The notes: generated from the sequence alone by a model not told the origin. A stretch of 64,000 bases of DNA from an uncultured Planctomycetaceae bacterium (GCA_963833985.1 CAWIAD010000002.1:1440001-1504000), one strand, 5' to 3'. Numbered from the stretch's first letter, positions 45,313-58,705 are shown. Program-made: numbers and translations.

Positions 45313-46401
45313 ATGGACGAGCTCATGAGCAGCGCATCGGAAACGATCAACCAGACGATGATGCCGGGCGTGGTCTTGCCCGGGAACAGCACGGTCGAGT
45401 TCAAGGAATACCCGATCCCCGAGCCGGGCCACGGCCAGGTCCTGGTGCGGATGAAGGCGTCGTCGATCTGCGGCAGCGACATCCGGGCCATCTATCGCGA
45501 GCACCTGGGCAAGGGGCCCGAGGGCTACCAGGGCGTGATCTCGGGCCACGAGCCGTGCGGTCAGGTCGTCAAGGTGGGGCCGGCGTGCAAGCAGTTCCAG
45601 GCCGGCGACCGTGTGGTCATTTACCACATCTCGGGCTGCGGCGTGTGCGAGGAGTGCCGGCACGGTTACATGATCGGCTGCCACAACGAGCACCGCGCGG
45701 CATACGGCTGGCAGCGCGACGGCGGCCACGCGCCGTACTTGCTGGCCGAGGAGAACAACTGCGTCCCCTTACCCGATTCACTCTCCTACGTCGATGGTGC
45801 CTTCTGTGCATGCGGCTTCGGTACGGCATACGAGGCCCTGCGGCGGATGCAGGTGTGCGGGCAGGACCGGCTGCTCATCACCGGGCTGGGGCCGGTGGGC
45901 CTGGCCGCGGCCATGCTCGGCCGGGCGCTCGGCGCCGGACCGATCATCGGCACGGACCTCTCGGACAGCCGCCTGGGGCTGGCGACCGACCTGAAGCTTT
46001 TGGATCATGCCATCAAGGCCGATGCCGGGGCACTGGATGCGATCCTCGCCCGGACGGGAGGCAAGGGCTGCGAGGCGAGCATCGATTGCTCGGGTGCGGC
46101 ACCCGCGCGCCTGCTGGCCCTTCAGGGCACGCGGGACTGGGGCCGATGCGCCTATGTGGGTGAGGGCGGGACAGTCAACTTCGAGGTCTCCAGGTATCTC
46201 ATCCACAAGCAGATCACGCTCTTCGGCTCGTGGGTGACGTCACTACGGCACCTGGAAGAGCTGCTGGAGCGTCTGGATCGCTGGGGCCTTCATCCCGATG
46301 CGACCTGCACGCACAGGCTGCCGCTCGCGGAAGCCGCCAGGGCCTATGAGCTCGCCGCCGGGGGACAGACCGGCAAGGTCTGCATCGTTTTCGAGGACTG
46401 A
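45313..46401 (+). CDS. zinc-dependent sugar/polyol dehydrogenase (MDR)
   Basis: ICGSD, GHE, CGVCEEC...C, GLGPVG. Confidence 0.93.
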   Translation: MDELMSSASETINQTMMPGVVLPGNSTVEFKEYPIPEPGHGQVLVRMKASSICGSDIRAIYREHLGKGPEGYQGVISGHEPCGQVVKVGPACKQFQAGDRVVIYHISGCGVCEECRHGYMIGCHNEHRAAYGWQRDGGHAPYLLAEENNCVPLPDSLSYVDGAFCACGFGTAYEALRRMQVCGQDRLLITGLGPVGLAAAMLGRALGAGPIIGTDLSDSRLGLATDLKLLDHAIKADAGALDAILARTGGKGCEASIDCSGAAPARLLALQGTRDWGRCAYVGEGGTVNFEVSRYLIHKQITLFGSWVTSLRHLEELLERLDRWGLHPDATCTHRLPLAEAARAYELAAGGQTGKVCIVFED

Positions 46402-46510
46402 AACGCCACACCAGGGCAAAATGGCCTGCTGCGGCCGTGCTGGCCTTTCGTCGGGTCCACGTGCGGCGGAGCAGCGAGGAATTCTTGAGCATTTCATCTG
46501 GAGAGATTCC

Positions 46511-48521
46511 ATGATCCGAGATCACGTTCCCGGCCAACCCTCACCACGCAAGCTGCGGCTTGCCTTGCTCCTGGGGCTCGCCGGCCTCTGGGGTTTGCTC
46601 GTACCGGCCGCGCTGGCGGCCGAGCCCGCGCAGCGACCGCGCGCCCATTGCGGACGGCCCGTTTCAGCCGACGACGGACTCGCTCAAGAAGTACGAATAT
46701 CCGGAGTGGTTCCGTGACGCCAAGCTGGGCATGTGGGCGCACTGGGGCCCGCAGGCGGTGCCCATGTTCGGGGACTGGTACGCGCGCAAGCTCTACCAGC
46801 AGGGCGATGCGGACTACAAGGACCACCTCGAACACTACGGCCATCCCACGAAGTCGGGCTACAAGGACATCATCCCGCTCTGGAAGGCGGAGAAGTGGGA
46901 TCCCGATGCGCTCATGGCAATGTACAAGAAGGCGGGCGCACGCTACTTCGTGAGCATGGGCGTGCATCACGACAATTTCGACCTCTGGAACTCAACGCAC
47001 CACAAGTGGAACGCGGTGCAGATGGGTCCGCATCGCGACGTGGTGGGCGACTGGCAGAAGGCGGCCCGGAAGCAGGGCCTGCGGTTCGGCGTCTCCGAGC
47101 ACCTGGGCGCGAGCTTCACCTGGTTCCAGGACAGCCACCGCTCGGACAAGACGGGTCCCCTGGCCGGTGTGCCGTATGACGGGGCCGACCCGAAGTACGA
47201 GGACCTGTACCACTGGGCGGCCGCACCGGGCGACAGGGGCTGGTACAGCAAGGACCCGCGCTGGCATGACGAATGGTTCGCACGGATCAAGGATCTCGTC
47301 GATCAGTACCATCCCGACCTGCTTTACACCGATGGCGCCGTCCCCTTCGGTAACGAGGTGGGGCGGAGCATGATCGCCCACCTCTACAACAGCAGCGCCG
47401 GGCGCAACAACGGCAAGACCGACGTCGTCTACACCTGCAAGCAGAATTCCGAGGGCATGTGGGTGGAAGACCTGGAGCGCGGGGTGATGCCGGGCATCAG
47501 GCCCTATCCCTGGCAGACCGACACGTCGATCGGCGACTGGTACTACAACCGCAACTGGAAGTATCGCGGGGCCGACTGGGTCGTTCACATGCTCGTGGAC
47601 ATTGTCAGCAAGAATGGCAACCTGCTCATCAACGTGGTGCAGCGCCCCGACGGCAGCCTGGACCCCGAACCTCACAAGGTGCTCGCCGACATGACCGAGT
47701 GGATCGCCATCAACGGCGAGGCCATCTATGCGACGCGTCCGTGGCTGATTCATGGCGAAGGGCCCGTGCGCGCCAGGGGTGGCCACTTCCGTGAAGATTT
47801 CGCCTACACGGCCAAGGACATCCGCTTCACCAGCAAGGGCGAGCACACGCTCTACGCCTTCGCGATGGGCTGGCCGGCGGAGAAGAAGCTGGTGGTCCGC
47901 TCGCTTGGGAAATTCCCGGGCGTGACCGCCAGGATCGACGGCATCGAGCTGCTGGGCCATTCCGGTGCGCTGCACTGGACGCAGGAAGCCGATGGTCTGG
48001 CCGTCGATCTCCCCGAGCAGAAACCCTGCAACTATGCCATCGCCCTGAAGATCACGGGCGAAAACCTCCGCGGGTTCAAGCCCGAGCTCGCCGCGCCGGC
48101 CGTCTCGCTGGTGCAGCCCGACGCGTCCGGGACCCTGGCTCTGGGTGCCGAGGAGGCCGATCTGCACGGCAGCCAGATCAAGGTTGAGGAAAAGTCCGGC
48201 CGGTCGAATATTGGCTTCTGGGACAAGGCCGACGAGTCCGCCGCGTGGAAGGTCAACTTCAAGGAACCGGGCAAGTACAAGGTGAGTGCTCTGATTGCCA
48301 CAGCCTCCGACGGCGCTCTGGCCGTGCTGGACGTGGCAGGGTCGACCATCGATCTGAAGCCACCAGCCACCGGCTCGTGGGACAGGTTCTCCGAGCTCGA
48401 CGCGGGGACCATCGAGGTCCCCCAGGCGGGCGTCCAGACCGTCAAGCTGCACGCGCGTGACGCCCAGAGCTGGAAGCCCATCAACGTGCGCTGGGTGAAG
48501 CTGGCACGCCGTGCTCCCTGA
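46511..48521 (+). CDS. secreted GH29 alpha-L-fucosidase-like enzyme with C-terminal CBM-like domain (frameshift near 46640)
   Basis: PEWFRDAKLGMWAHWG, HHDNFDLW, LLYTDG, DIVSKNGNLLIN, NGEAIYATRPW. Confidence 0.9.
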
Positions 48522-48626
48522 GTCCGAGCCGCTCCGCTGGGATGGAGCCAACCGGCGGCAAGGATCGAGGTCCTTGCGCCGGTTGGAATCCTGGGTTAGT
48601 CTAACCTGCTCTGCGGCAAAAGCCGG

Positions 48627-49332
48627 TCAGAAGGCCGCGACGACCGCGGGCTGTCGACGGGGACGAGGCGAGGGGTGAGCATGGGAGACGCCGGCGCTGC
48701 CGGGTCCTGGCAGTGAAGCGAACCGGTGCTCCAGTGCGATCGGGTCCAGGTCGGCGATGGAATCGACGATCAGGTCGGGCCGGTAGGCGAAGCGGTCGAC
48801 ATCCTCGCGCCGGGTGCTGCCGGTCAGGACCAGGATGGTCTTGTAGTGGAGCTGCACGCCGCCCAGGATGTCGGCGTCCATCGTGTCGCCGATGACCACG
48901 GTCTGATCCGTGGGAAGCGCCAGCTCCCTGCGCGGCCCGCAGCATCATCGGGCGACGCATCTCGAAGCTCCCCGTGCGGCCTGCGCCGGCCACGACGTGA
49001 TCGGGGTCCCTGTCCACGATCTCGCGGCCTAACTCATGGTGCGCCGTGAGCCAGCCCCCCTCGCCAATCTCGAACGCGGTTCCCCCCGGGTTCTGCTCGG
49101 CAAGCACGTGCGCCGTGGCCATGGTGCAGGTGAAGAGATGATCTTCGGTGACGTCAATGCCAAGGCTCCGGAAGCGGGCGGCCACATCGCGCCGGGTTTG
49201 CCGGCTGTTGCTGCTCAGGAACAGGAAAGGAATATTCGCTTCACGCAGTCCATTCACAAATCGGTCGGCGCCGGGGATCAACTGGCCTCCCCGGGTCATC
49301 ACGCCGTCCATGTCAATCAGATAACCAAGCAT
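48627..49332 (-). pseudogene. nagD: HAD-IIA (NagD-like) hydrolase pseudogene
   Basis: YLIDMDGV, FLSSNS, IGEGG, VIGDTMDADILGG; the NxD/GKP segment is missing after SFEM, and there is a frameshift. Confidence 0.8.
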
Positions 49333-49926
49333 CGGGATGCAAACCCTCAAACCTCGTTCGCAGTCAAGATCTCGTGCTCCGCGAGAAACGACGCAAGAGT
49401 CAGTCGATGAGGAAACGCAGCGAATCCCGCGGAGGACGAGAAACGGACCCATCCAGGAAGCGAATTGTGTACCAACCCACACGAGCGACGGCGTGGCGTC
49501 TGGTTGAAGTGTGCAAAGTGCTTGTTGCGAAGCCATTTAAATCCAGGCTGTCCGGGCGGCCGAGGGCCGGCTTCAGAATAGGGCTGATCGCGGGATGCCC
49601 GGAAGCCAGGCAGATTGCTCGTGGTCCATGATTCCTCCTGCTGTGCGTATGTACAAACTCCTGAAGCGACTCCGAGGCCCTGACCGGATCGCGTCCATGT
49701 GACAGAAAAAAAGCGAGTCCACGTAACCAGGCCTGCCTGGTTCTTTCTCTTGAGGGTGAGGGAACGAGAGGGGACGAGAAGAGAAAAGAGACGGCGACGG
49801 CCGCGGGAACAGTGACACGCGGCCGCACGATGAGATGTCCCTCGTCTCCCTGGCTACGGTGTGTTCAAGAACGATTCGACCCACTGTTCGCGGAATGACC
49901 GACACCTTTTCTTCAAGGAGTTTCCG

Positions 49927-50133
49927 ATGAGCACGTTCCAGGCGATCCAGAACGAGACCACGGTCAAGGCCAGCAGCGAAGTCCTCTCCGAGCAGGCCGT
50001 CTCGGACGTGACCGACGAGCAGCTCAGGAAGATCTTCGGCGGGTTTGGAAGCGGCCCCTCCTCCACGGTCTACAACGGTAACGGGCACACCCCTGCACCA
50101 CCGATTTCCCTGGGCGGCTATCGCGTGCCCTGA
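49927..50133 (+). CDS. small peptide with double-glycine-type leader (bacteriocin/RiPP precursor-like), 68 aa
   Basis: AAGGAG SD at 49915-49920; leader ends DVTDEQLRKIFGG; 29-aa core FGSGPSSTVYNGNGHTPAPPISLGGYRVP. Confidence 0.6.
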   Translation: MSTFQAIQNETTVKASSEVLSEQAVSDVTDEQLRKIFGGFGSGPSSTVYNGNGHTPAPPISLGGYRVP

Positions 50134-50371
50134 CAGGCACCAATCCTGGAGTTGCCGCGTCTCGGCGGCGTCTAACCATGCGATGTCATGCGATGCGGCC
50201 GGGTCGGCCTTCCGATCCGGCCGCTCTCGCTTTGCTCCAGCAGGAGGTCGAGGCTGATCTTCCAGACAGGGTGGATGCGAGCCATCGATTGAAAGACGGT
50301 CAGACACGGTCTATCCTGAGAACCTCGAGACAAGCCCGAGACGCCGTTCTTCATCGGAGCCGAGAGCACGC

Positions 50372-52218
50372 ATGAGCCCGACAGTCAGCAATCCCTTGCG
50401 CGCGGTCACAAGAGTAATGGCCGCCTTGGCGCTCGTGGCCGTGCTCGGCGGCGCGGCCCGGGCCGACGACGACGGCTACGAGAAGTCCGAGTTCATGATC
50501 CCGATGCGCGACGGCGTCAAGCTGCACACGCTCGTGTTCAGGCCCGCCAAGACGCAAGGCGCGCTGCCGATCATCCTGGAGCGAACCCCCTACAGCGCCG
50601 ACGCGGGAGGGCCCCGCGCGCTGGAGGAGTATCTCAAGGACCTGGCGGATGACGGCTACCTGTTTGCCTTTCAGGATATCCGCGGCCGCTACCGGTCCGA
50701 GGGCTCCTTCGTGATGATCCGCGCCCCCGCGCCAGCACCGATCCGAAGACCGTCGACGAGGGGACCGATGCTTACGACACCATTGACTGGCTCGTGAAGA
50801 ACCTCAAGGACAACAACGGCCGGGTGGGCATGCTGGGGATCTCCTACCCTGGCTGGCTGACGGTGATGGCCCTGCTGGAGCCGCACCCCGCGCTGAAGGC
50901 CGCCTCGCCGCAGGCACCTCCGGCCGACATGTTTCTGGGTGATGACTTCCATCACAACGGGGCTTTCCGCCTGAGTTACGGTTTCGAGTACGCCGCGCTC
51001 ATGGAAACGTCAAGGGAGAACACCATCTTCCATTTCGACGTGCGCGACACGTTCGAGTGGTATCTCCGGCTTGGGCCTCTCTCCACCGCCAATGCCCGCT
51101 ACCTGAAGGGGAAGATCCCCACCTGGAATGATTTCGTCGAGCACCCCAGCTACGACGCGTTCTGGCAGAGGCAGGCGGCCGCTCCGTACCTTGGCCGGGC
51201 GAAGGTTCCCACGCTCAACGTTGCCGGATGGTGGGATCAGGAAGATTTCTACGGCCCTCTCAAGGTCTATGAGAGCCTCGAGAAGGGCGACCTCGACCGC
51301 CGGAATTTCCTGGTGGTCGGCCCCTGGAACCACGGGGGCTGGTCGCACGGCAAGGGCGATGCGCTGGGCGCCCTGGAGTTCGGCTCGGCCACCGGCAAGC
51401 ACTTCCGCGCGGAGATCCAGGCGCGCTGGTTCGCAGCATATCTCAAGGACAAGGGCGCGCAGCGCTTTCCCGAGGCCGTGACCTTCCGCACCGGCTCAAA
51501 TACCTGGGAGTCGTATGATCGCTGGCCTCCGCGCGAGGCAGCGCCTCGGAGGCTCTACGCGCGCAGGAACGGCCGCCTGGCGTTCGAGCCGCCCCCGGCC
51601 GACGAGAACGACCCTGGCTTTGATGCCTATCTTTCGGACCCGGCCCATCCGGTTCCCTACCGGCCGCGGCCGGTCACGCCGACGTATCCCGGCCCCGAGT
51701 GGCCGCAGTGGCTGGTGCAGGACCAGAGGTTCGTCCACCTCCGGCCCGACGTCCTCTCCTACGAGACCGAGCCGCTTGCCCGGGACGTGACCGTCACCGG
51801 CCCGATCGTCGCGCACCTCTTCGCCTCGACCTCCGGGACCGACAGCGACTGGATCGCCAAGCTGATCGACGTCTACCCCGAAAGCGAAGGCAAGCTGGCC
51901 GGCTACCAGCTCATGATCGCCAACGACGTCTTCCGGGGCCGGTTCCGCAAGAGCTTCGAAAGCCCCGAGGCGATCGAGCCGGACCGCGTCGAGGAATACA
52001 CGATCGACCTGCACTGGAACGACCATTGCTTCAGGAAGGGCCACAAGATCATGGTCCAGGTCCAGAGCACCTGGTTCCCGCTCATCGATCGCAATCCCCA
52101 GACGTTCGTCCCCAACATCTTCAAGGCCGAGGCGAAGGACTTCCGCGCGGCCACCCAGCGCATCTTCCGATCGCCGGGTCACGGGACTTACCTGGAGCTG
52201 AGCCTGCTGGACAATTGA
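50372..52218 (+). CDS. secreted CocE/NonD-family hydrolase (frameshift near 50720-50745)
   Basis: MIPMRDGVKL, RTPY, QDIRGRY, GISYPG, GWWDQED, GPWNHG. Confidence 0.9.
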
Positions 52219-52230
52219 ACGGAACGCCGG

Positions 52231-53427
52231 TCAGGCGCCTGGTGTGCGCCCTTCCCTGCGATACCGGGCCGGCGTGACTCCGAACCGCCGGCGGAAGACC
52301 TGGGCCAGGTAGCTGGGGCTGGCGAAGCCGGACGCGGACGCGACCCTCAGTACCGGCAGGTCGCTCTCGAGCAAAAGCCGCCTGGCTCGCTCCAGGCGCA
52401 TCCGTTCCAGTTCCTCGTGAATCGTCCGGCCGATCGCCCTGCGAAAGCGAATTTCCAGGGCCCTGCGCGAGAGGGAAAGATGGGCCACGAGGTCGCCCAC
52501 ATCGATCGGCTCACCCGCGTGGTCGTGCAGGAAATGGAGTGCGGCCGCCACCTCGGAATCATCGAGTGCGACGATGTCCGTGGAGCGCCGGGTCACCACC
52601 TGCAACGGCTCGACGAGTAATCGCTGTGGCCGGCGCGGTGCAGGCTGGCCGCGCGCGGCCGCGCGCATCAGCCCGTCCAGCACCGCCGCCAGGCGGTAGC
52701 CGCCCGCCTCGGCGTTGAGCGCCACGCTCGAGAGCGGCGGATCGGCCAGCTCGCAGAGCAGCTCATCATTGTCCACTCCGACCACGGCCACCTCTTCCGG
52801 TACGCGCAGACCGGCGCCTCGGCAGGCTTCCAGGACCTCGCGGCCGCGGTCATCACTGCTGGCCATCAGGCCGACCGGTCTGGGCAGCGACCGCAGCCAC
52901 CGTTCCAGGCCAGGCTGCTCGCGCTCCCAGCCCCGATCGGGCATGGTCCCTGGCGGGTCGTAAACGTGCGCCGTGAAGCCAGCCGCGCGGACGTGCTTGC
53001 AGAAACCGGCCCGGCGCCGGTCCGACCAGACGCGGCCCGCGGTGCCAACGAACGCGTAATGGCGCAAGCCGCGATCCAGCAGGTGCTCCGCCGCGAGCCG
53101 CGCCGCGCCCGGCGAATCGGAGGCCAGCTCGCTCAGCCGGGAGAGAGGATGCCCGCGCCGGAGCTGCACCTCGGACAGGTCCAGCGCGATGGCCGGCAAG
53201 CCGGAATCCAGGATCGCACGGGCCACTTCGGGCGTTTCGATCCGTGCGATGATTCCCGTTCCCCCCCAGGATCGCATCCGCGGCAGCACCTGCGAGAAAT
53301 CTCCGGGGGTGACGTGAAACCCCCAGGGTCCGTGCAGCCGGGCGTAACGGACGATGCCGCGCAAGAGCGCCCGCCCGTAGCCCCGCGACGTCTCGATCAA
53401 GAGGGCCACCTTCGGCATGACGGGCAT
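52231..53427 (-). CDS. xylR: XylR-type (LacI-like sensor plus AraC HTH) transcriptional regulator
   Basis: [49 protein letters not shown]. Confidence 0.85.
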   Translation of the reverse strand: MPVMPKVALLIETSRGYGRALLRGIVRYARLHGPWGFHVTPGDFSQVLPRMRSWGGTGIIARIETPEVARAILDSGLPAIALDLSEVQLRRGHPLSRLSELASDSPGAARLAAEHLLDRGLRHYAFVGTAGRVWSDRRRAGFCKHVRAAGFTAHVYDPPGTMPDRGWEREQPGLERWLRSLPRPVGLMASSDDRGREVLEACRGAGLRVPEEVAVVGVDNDELLCELADPPLSSVALNAEAGGYRLAAVLDGLMRAAARGQPAPRRPQRLLVEPLQVVTRRSTDIVALDDSEVAAALHFLHDHAGEPIDVGDLVAHLSLSRRALEIRFRRAIGRTIHEELERMRLERARRLLLESDLPVLRVASASGFASPSYLAQVFRRRFGVTPARYRREGRTPGA

Positions 53428-53603
53428 CGCTGGCTCTCTTCCCATGCCCTCGATTGTCCCAGCCCGGGCATCGGCGGGCCAGGCCGTGTTGCGCAATCTT
53501 GATCTTTTTTTGCGCGATCGCGAGCTGGCACCAGCAGCCCATCCGATATACCCTGGTGCGTGTCGTGCGGGTGAATCCAAATTCTGTGAAAGTCGGTGCG
53601 ATC

Positions 53604-54642
<1,039 letters not shown>

Positions 54643-54650
<8 letters not shown>

Positions 54651-56127
54651 AAGCGAACGCGACGCGACCGATCCGAGGACTTCGTCGAGAGCCGAGGGAC
54701 TGGACCTGGAGGAATTCCTGGCCCGGATTCGCCGGACCGATGACGCCAGGCTCGGCGCCGGCAGCCCCCTGTTCGTGCCCGGAGTGCCGCTGGTCGTCGC
54801 CCGTGCACCCGGCAGGCTCGACGTGATGGGCGGCATCGCGGACTACTCCGGCTCGCTGGTCCTCCAGTGGCCCATCCGCGAGGCCACTCTCCTGGCCGTG
54901 CAGGCCGTCTCGCAACCCGGCCTCCAGCTCCTCAGCCTGCCCGCCGAGAGCGGCCATTCGCCGCGCTCCTTCGAGCTTGACGGGCCCTCGCTGCGCCACC
55001 TTCTGGAGGGACCCTACGAGGAAGCGCAACGCTGGTTCGCACGCGACCCGGCTCTGCACTGGGCCTCGTACGTGCTGGGCGTGCTCATGGTGCTCGAGCA
55101 TGAGTGCGGCATGGCGTTCGATTGCGGATTGCGGTTCCTGGTGGAATCGCGGGTCCCGGAAGGCAAGGGAGTGAGCTCCTCCGCGGCGCTCGAGGTGGCA
55201 GCCATGCAGGCGGTCACGGGCCTGGTGGGAACCAGGCTCGACGGCGCCGAACTGGCCCGGCTCTGCCAGATGGCGGAGAACTTCGTGGTCGGGGCCCCGT
55301 GCGGCATCATGGACCAGATGACCTCCGCCCTGGGAGAGCCCGGCGCACTGCTGTCGCTGCTTTGCCAGCCGGCGCAGGTGCGGGGGTTCGTGCCGGTCCC
55401 TTCAGCGATCCGGTTCTGGGGGATCGACTCGGGCATTCGCCACGCGGTCACGGGGAGCGATTACACGTCGGTGCGCACCGGCGCGTTCATGGGCTACCGG
55501 CTGATCGCCGACCGGGCCGGGCTGAAGATCACCAGGCGATCCGATGACGGTGTCCTGCAAATCGAAGATCCGCGCTGGTCGGGATATCTCGCCAATCTCT
55601 CGCCCGCGGAGTTCGACAGCGACTTCGCGCCCCATCTGCCCCGCGAGATGAAGGGTGAGGAGTTCCTCGCGCGCTATGAAGGTACGACCGACGTGGTCAC
55701 GCGGGTGGATCCCCGGCAGTCCTACGCGGTCCTGCAACCCACGGCTCATCCCGTTCGTGAACACGCGCGGGTTGTCCGGTTCGCGGAGCTGCTCGACTCG
55801 GCGGCGGAAGAGGAGGCGCTCGCGGAGATGGGCGCGCTCATGTACGCCTCGCACGCCAGCTACTCCGACTGCGGGCTGGGCTCCGACGGCACGGACCTGC
55901 TCGTGAAACTGGTCCGTGAGGCCGGGCCGGCAGCGGGGCTGTACGGCGCCAAGATCACCGGTGGTGGCAGCGGAGGCACCGTCGCGGTTCTGGGCAAGGC
56001 CAGCGCGGAATCCGCGGTGAGCCAGATTGTGCGCCGCTACCAGGAGGCGACCGGACGCAGCCCCTGCCTGTTCGCGGGCTCGTCGCCGGGCGCCTGCCGG
56101 TTCGACGTCAGACGCGTCGGGTTTTGA
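54643..56127 (+). CDS. GHMP sugar-1-kinase, L-arabinokinase-like
   Basis: [64 protein letters not shown]. Confidence 0.85.
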
Positions 56128-56171
56128 GACCAGATCAGAGAATACCCACACTCCTACCTGAGGGGCCGGAC

Positions 56172-57683
56172 GTGGCAGACCCACTCAACTTATCGATGTT
56201 CCGGGCGTACGACATCCGCACGCCCGCCTCGCAACTGACTCCGGAGCTTGCCGCACGCCTGGCGCGTGCCGAGGCCTTTTACATCCGCGAGGTGCTGGGA
56301 GCACCCGGCGTCCTGGTGGCGCACGATGCGCGGCGGACGGGGCCGCAATACCTCAGCATCACCATCGACGAACTCCGTGCCGCGGGCCTGGAAGTCGTGT
56401 ACCTGCCCGGCGCCTGCTCGACGTCCTACTTCTACTACGCGGCGATGTGTCATCCGCGGCTCGCGGCGATCATGGTCGGCGCGTCGCACAACCCATCCGG
56501 CGACACGGGACAGAAGATCCTTGGTCCCGACGTGCTGCCGATCGCCCAGGGGATCGGGCCGGAAGGCGGACTGGACCGCGTGAAGGCTCTGTACGCCGAG
56601 GGACGTTTCATCTCGGGGAGTGCCAGGGGCCGCCTGCGGGCCGAGGAACTGATGGATGGCTTCGTGAGCGACAGTCTCAGCCTGGCGGGCGTCGCTCCGG
56701 GCTCGCTGCGTGGAGCGCGGGTTTTTCAGGACTACCTCTTCGGCGCCTCGGGACGCGAGATGATGCTGGCCTTCGAGCGGGCGGGCGCCGCACTGGAGCC
56801 CATGCACTACGCGGCCGACGGGTCGTTTCCGCTGGGCGACCCGAACCCGGTCAAGCAGGCGGTGATCCGTCCTGGCCTCGAAGCCCTGCGCTCGGGGCGC
56901 TACACGATGGGCATGTTCTTCGATGGCGACGGCGACCGGATCGACATTTACCGGGGCGATGGAACGTACGTGTCGTCGAGCTTCGTGTACGCGGCCATCT
57001 TGCCGGAGATCCGCAAACGGTTCTCCGGCCCGGGTCTCGGCGTGTTCGCGGACCTGAAGTCCAATCCGCTGGCCATCATCGAGATGGCCCGGACCGGGGT
57101 GACGGTGGATGTCATCCGCAACGGCCACTCGCAGATCAAGGAAAGCCTGCGCAGCGATGCCAGCCGGTTCGGCGCGGTCGAGGAATCGGCCCATTACTAC
57201 GAGGCGTTCGCGCACGGCGGGGAAGGGCGGTACTGTACCGAGAACACGCTCTACCTCGCGCTGCTGATCGCCAGGGTCTGGAACGACGATCCCGGGCGGT
57301 TCGATCGGCTCATCGACATCCAGGCGACCACCGCGCGGCAGCGCGAGTGGGGCTACAAGTTTCCCAGCGACGAAGCGCGGGCCAGGGCCCTCGATGCCGT
57401 CCGGCTGCGTTTCGAGGGCCTGGGCGCCACGGCGCTCGAGCGGATGAAAAACGGCATGGACCTGGAGGCCACGCTGCTGCGCCGGGGGCTGCCGTTCGAC
57501 GTCACCGCGGAGACCAGGCTGGCCGCGGACTGGTTCCAGGTCAGCCAGCGCGTCTCGCAGAGCGAGAACGGCCTGGCACGCTGGGAGGTGGTCGGGGCCG
57601 CGCCCGAGCTCGTGCTCCAGGCCAAGCGCGACATCGCGGAGTGCGTCCGCCCGTTCGGTGCGGGCGAGGAATACCAGGGATAA
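56172..57683 (+). CDS. alpha-D-phosphohexomutase superfamily (PMM/PGM-like)
   Basis: FRAYDIR, ASHNP, FDGDGDR, EESAH. Confidence 0.88.
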   Translation: MADPLNLSMFRAYDIRTPASQLTPELAARLARAEAFYIREVLGAPGVLVAHDARRTGPQYLSITIDELRAAGLEVVYLPGACSTSYFYYAAMCHPRLAAIMVGASHNPSGDTGQKILGPDVLPIAQGIGPEGGLDRVKALYAEGRFISGSARGRLRAEELMDGFVSDSLSLAGVAPGSLRGARVFQDYLFGASGREMMLAFERAGAALEPMHYAADGSFPLGDPNPVKQAVIRPGLEALRSGRYTMGMFFDGDGDRIDIYRGDGTYVSSSFVYAAILPEIRKRFSGPGLGVFADLKSNPLAIIEMARTGVTVDVIRNGHSQIKESLRSDASRFGAVEESAHYYEAFAHGGEGRYCTENTLYLALLIARVWNDDPGRFDRLIDIQATTARQREWGYKFPSDEARARALDAVRLRFEGLGATALERMKNGMDLEATLLRRGLPFDVTAETRLAADWFQVSQRVSQSENGLARWEVVGAAPELVLQAKRDIAECVRPFGAGEEYQG

Positions 57684-57709
57684 GCGGCTTGTGAAGTGAG
57701 GTGAGGATC

Positions 57710-58705
57710 ATGAATGTACTCGTGACGGGTGGTGCCGGTTATGTCGGCTCGCACGCGGCCAGGCTGCTGGCGGCCGAAGGGCATGAGATCTGGGTGTACG
57801 ACAACCTGGTCTTCGGCCACCGCGGAGCGGTGGCGCCGGGGCGGCTCATCGAGGGGGACCTGCTCGACCAGGGAAAGGTGGAGGCGGTCCTGAGCGAGAA
57901 GCGCATCGACGCGGTGATGCATTTCGCCGCCTTCGCCTACGTCGGTGAGTCGGTGACCGACCCGGCGAAATACTACCGGAATAACGTCGTGGGCACGCTC
58001 TCCTTGCTCGAGGCCATGCGAGCGCGGGGCGTTTCGCGGATCGTCTTCTCGAGCACCTGCGCCACCTACGGAGAGCCGGAAGAGGTCCCCATTCGCGAGA
58101 GCCAGCCCCAGCGGCCGATCAACCCCTACGGCTTCACCAAGCTGGTCATCGAGCGTGCCCTGGCGGATTATGCGCACGCCTATGGCTGGGGGTACGCCGC
58201 CCTCCGCTACTTCAATGCATCGGGCGCTTCGGCCGATGGCGAGCTCGGCGAGGACCATGATCCCGAGACCCACCTGATTCCGCTGATCCTCCAGGTGGCG
58301 CTGGGTCAGCGCGAGCACATCACGGTCTTCGGCGACAAGCTGCCAACGCCCGATGGCACGTGTATCCGCGATTACATCCACGTCGATGACCTCGCCGCGG
58401 CGCACCTGGCCGCGCTCTTGCGCCTGGAGCGGGGCGTCGAGCTCAAGGTGAACCTGGGAACCGGGCGCGGCTCGAGCGTCCGCGAAGTGATCGATGCCTG
58501 CCGCAAGCTGACGGGACGGCCGATCGCCGAGCGGATCTCCGGTCCCCGCGCCGGCGACCCACCTGCGCTGGTGGCCGACGCCAGCCTGGCGCACCGCGAG
58601 CTGGGCTGGGAGGCCCGATACACCGAGATCGTCCCGATCATCGAGACCGCCTGGAGATGGCACCAGGCTCATCCGCACGGCTATGATGGGGCCTCCGGAG
58701 CCTGA
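57710..58705 (+). CDS. galE: UDP-sugar 4-epimerase
   Basis: VTGGAGYVGSH, HFAAFAYVGES, SSTCATYG, YGFTK, LRYFNA, IRDYIHV. Confidence 0.93.
   Translation: MNVLVTGGAGYVGSHAARLLAAEGHEIWVYDNLVFGHRGAVAPGRLIEGDLLDQGKVEAVLSEKRIDAVMHFAAFAYVGESVTDPAKYYRNNVVGTLSLLEAMRARGVSRIVFSSTCATYGEPEEVPIRESQPQRPINPYGFTKLVIERALADYAHAYGWGYAALRYFNASGASADGELGEDHDPETHLIPLILQVALGQREHITVFGDKLPTPDGTCIRDYIHVDDLAAAHLAALLRLERGVELKVNLGTGRGSSVREVIDACRKLTGRPIAERISGPRAGDPPALVADASLAHRELGWEARYTEIVPIIETAWRWHQAHPHGYDGASGA

Noticed and set aside
49500..49620. Sigma-54 promoter
   Set aside because: TTGC elements are present, but I found no GG at the required GG-N10-GC spacing.
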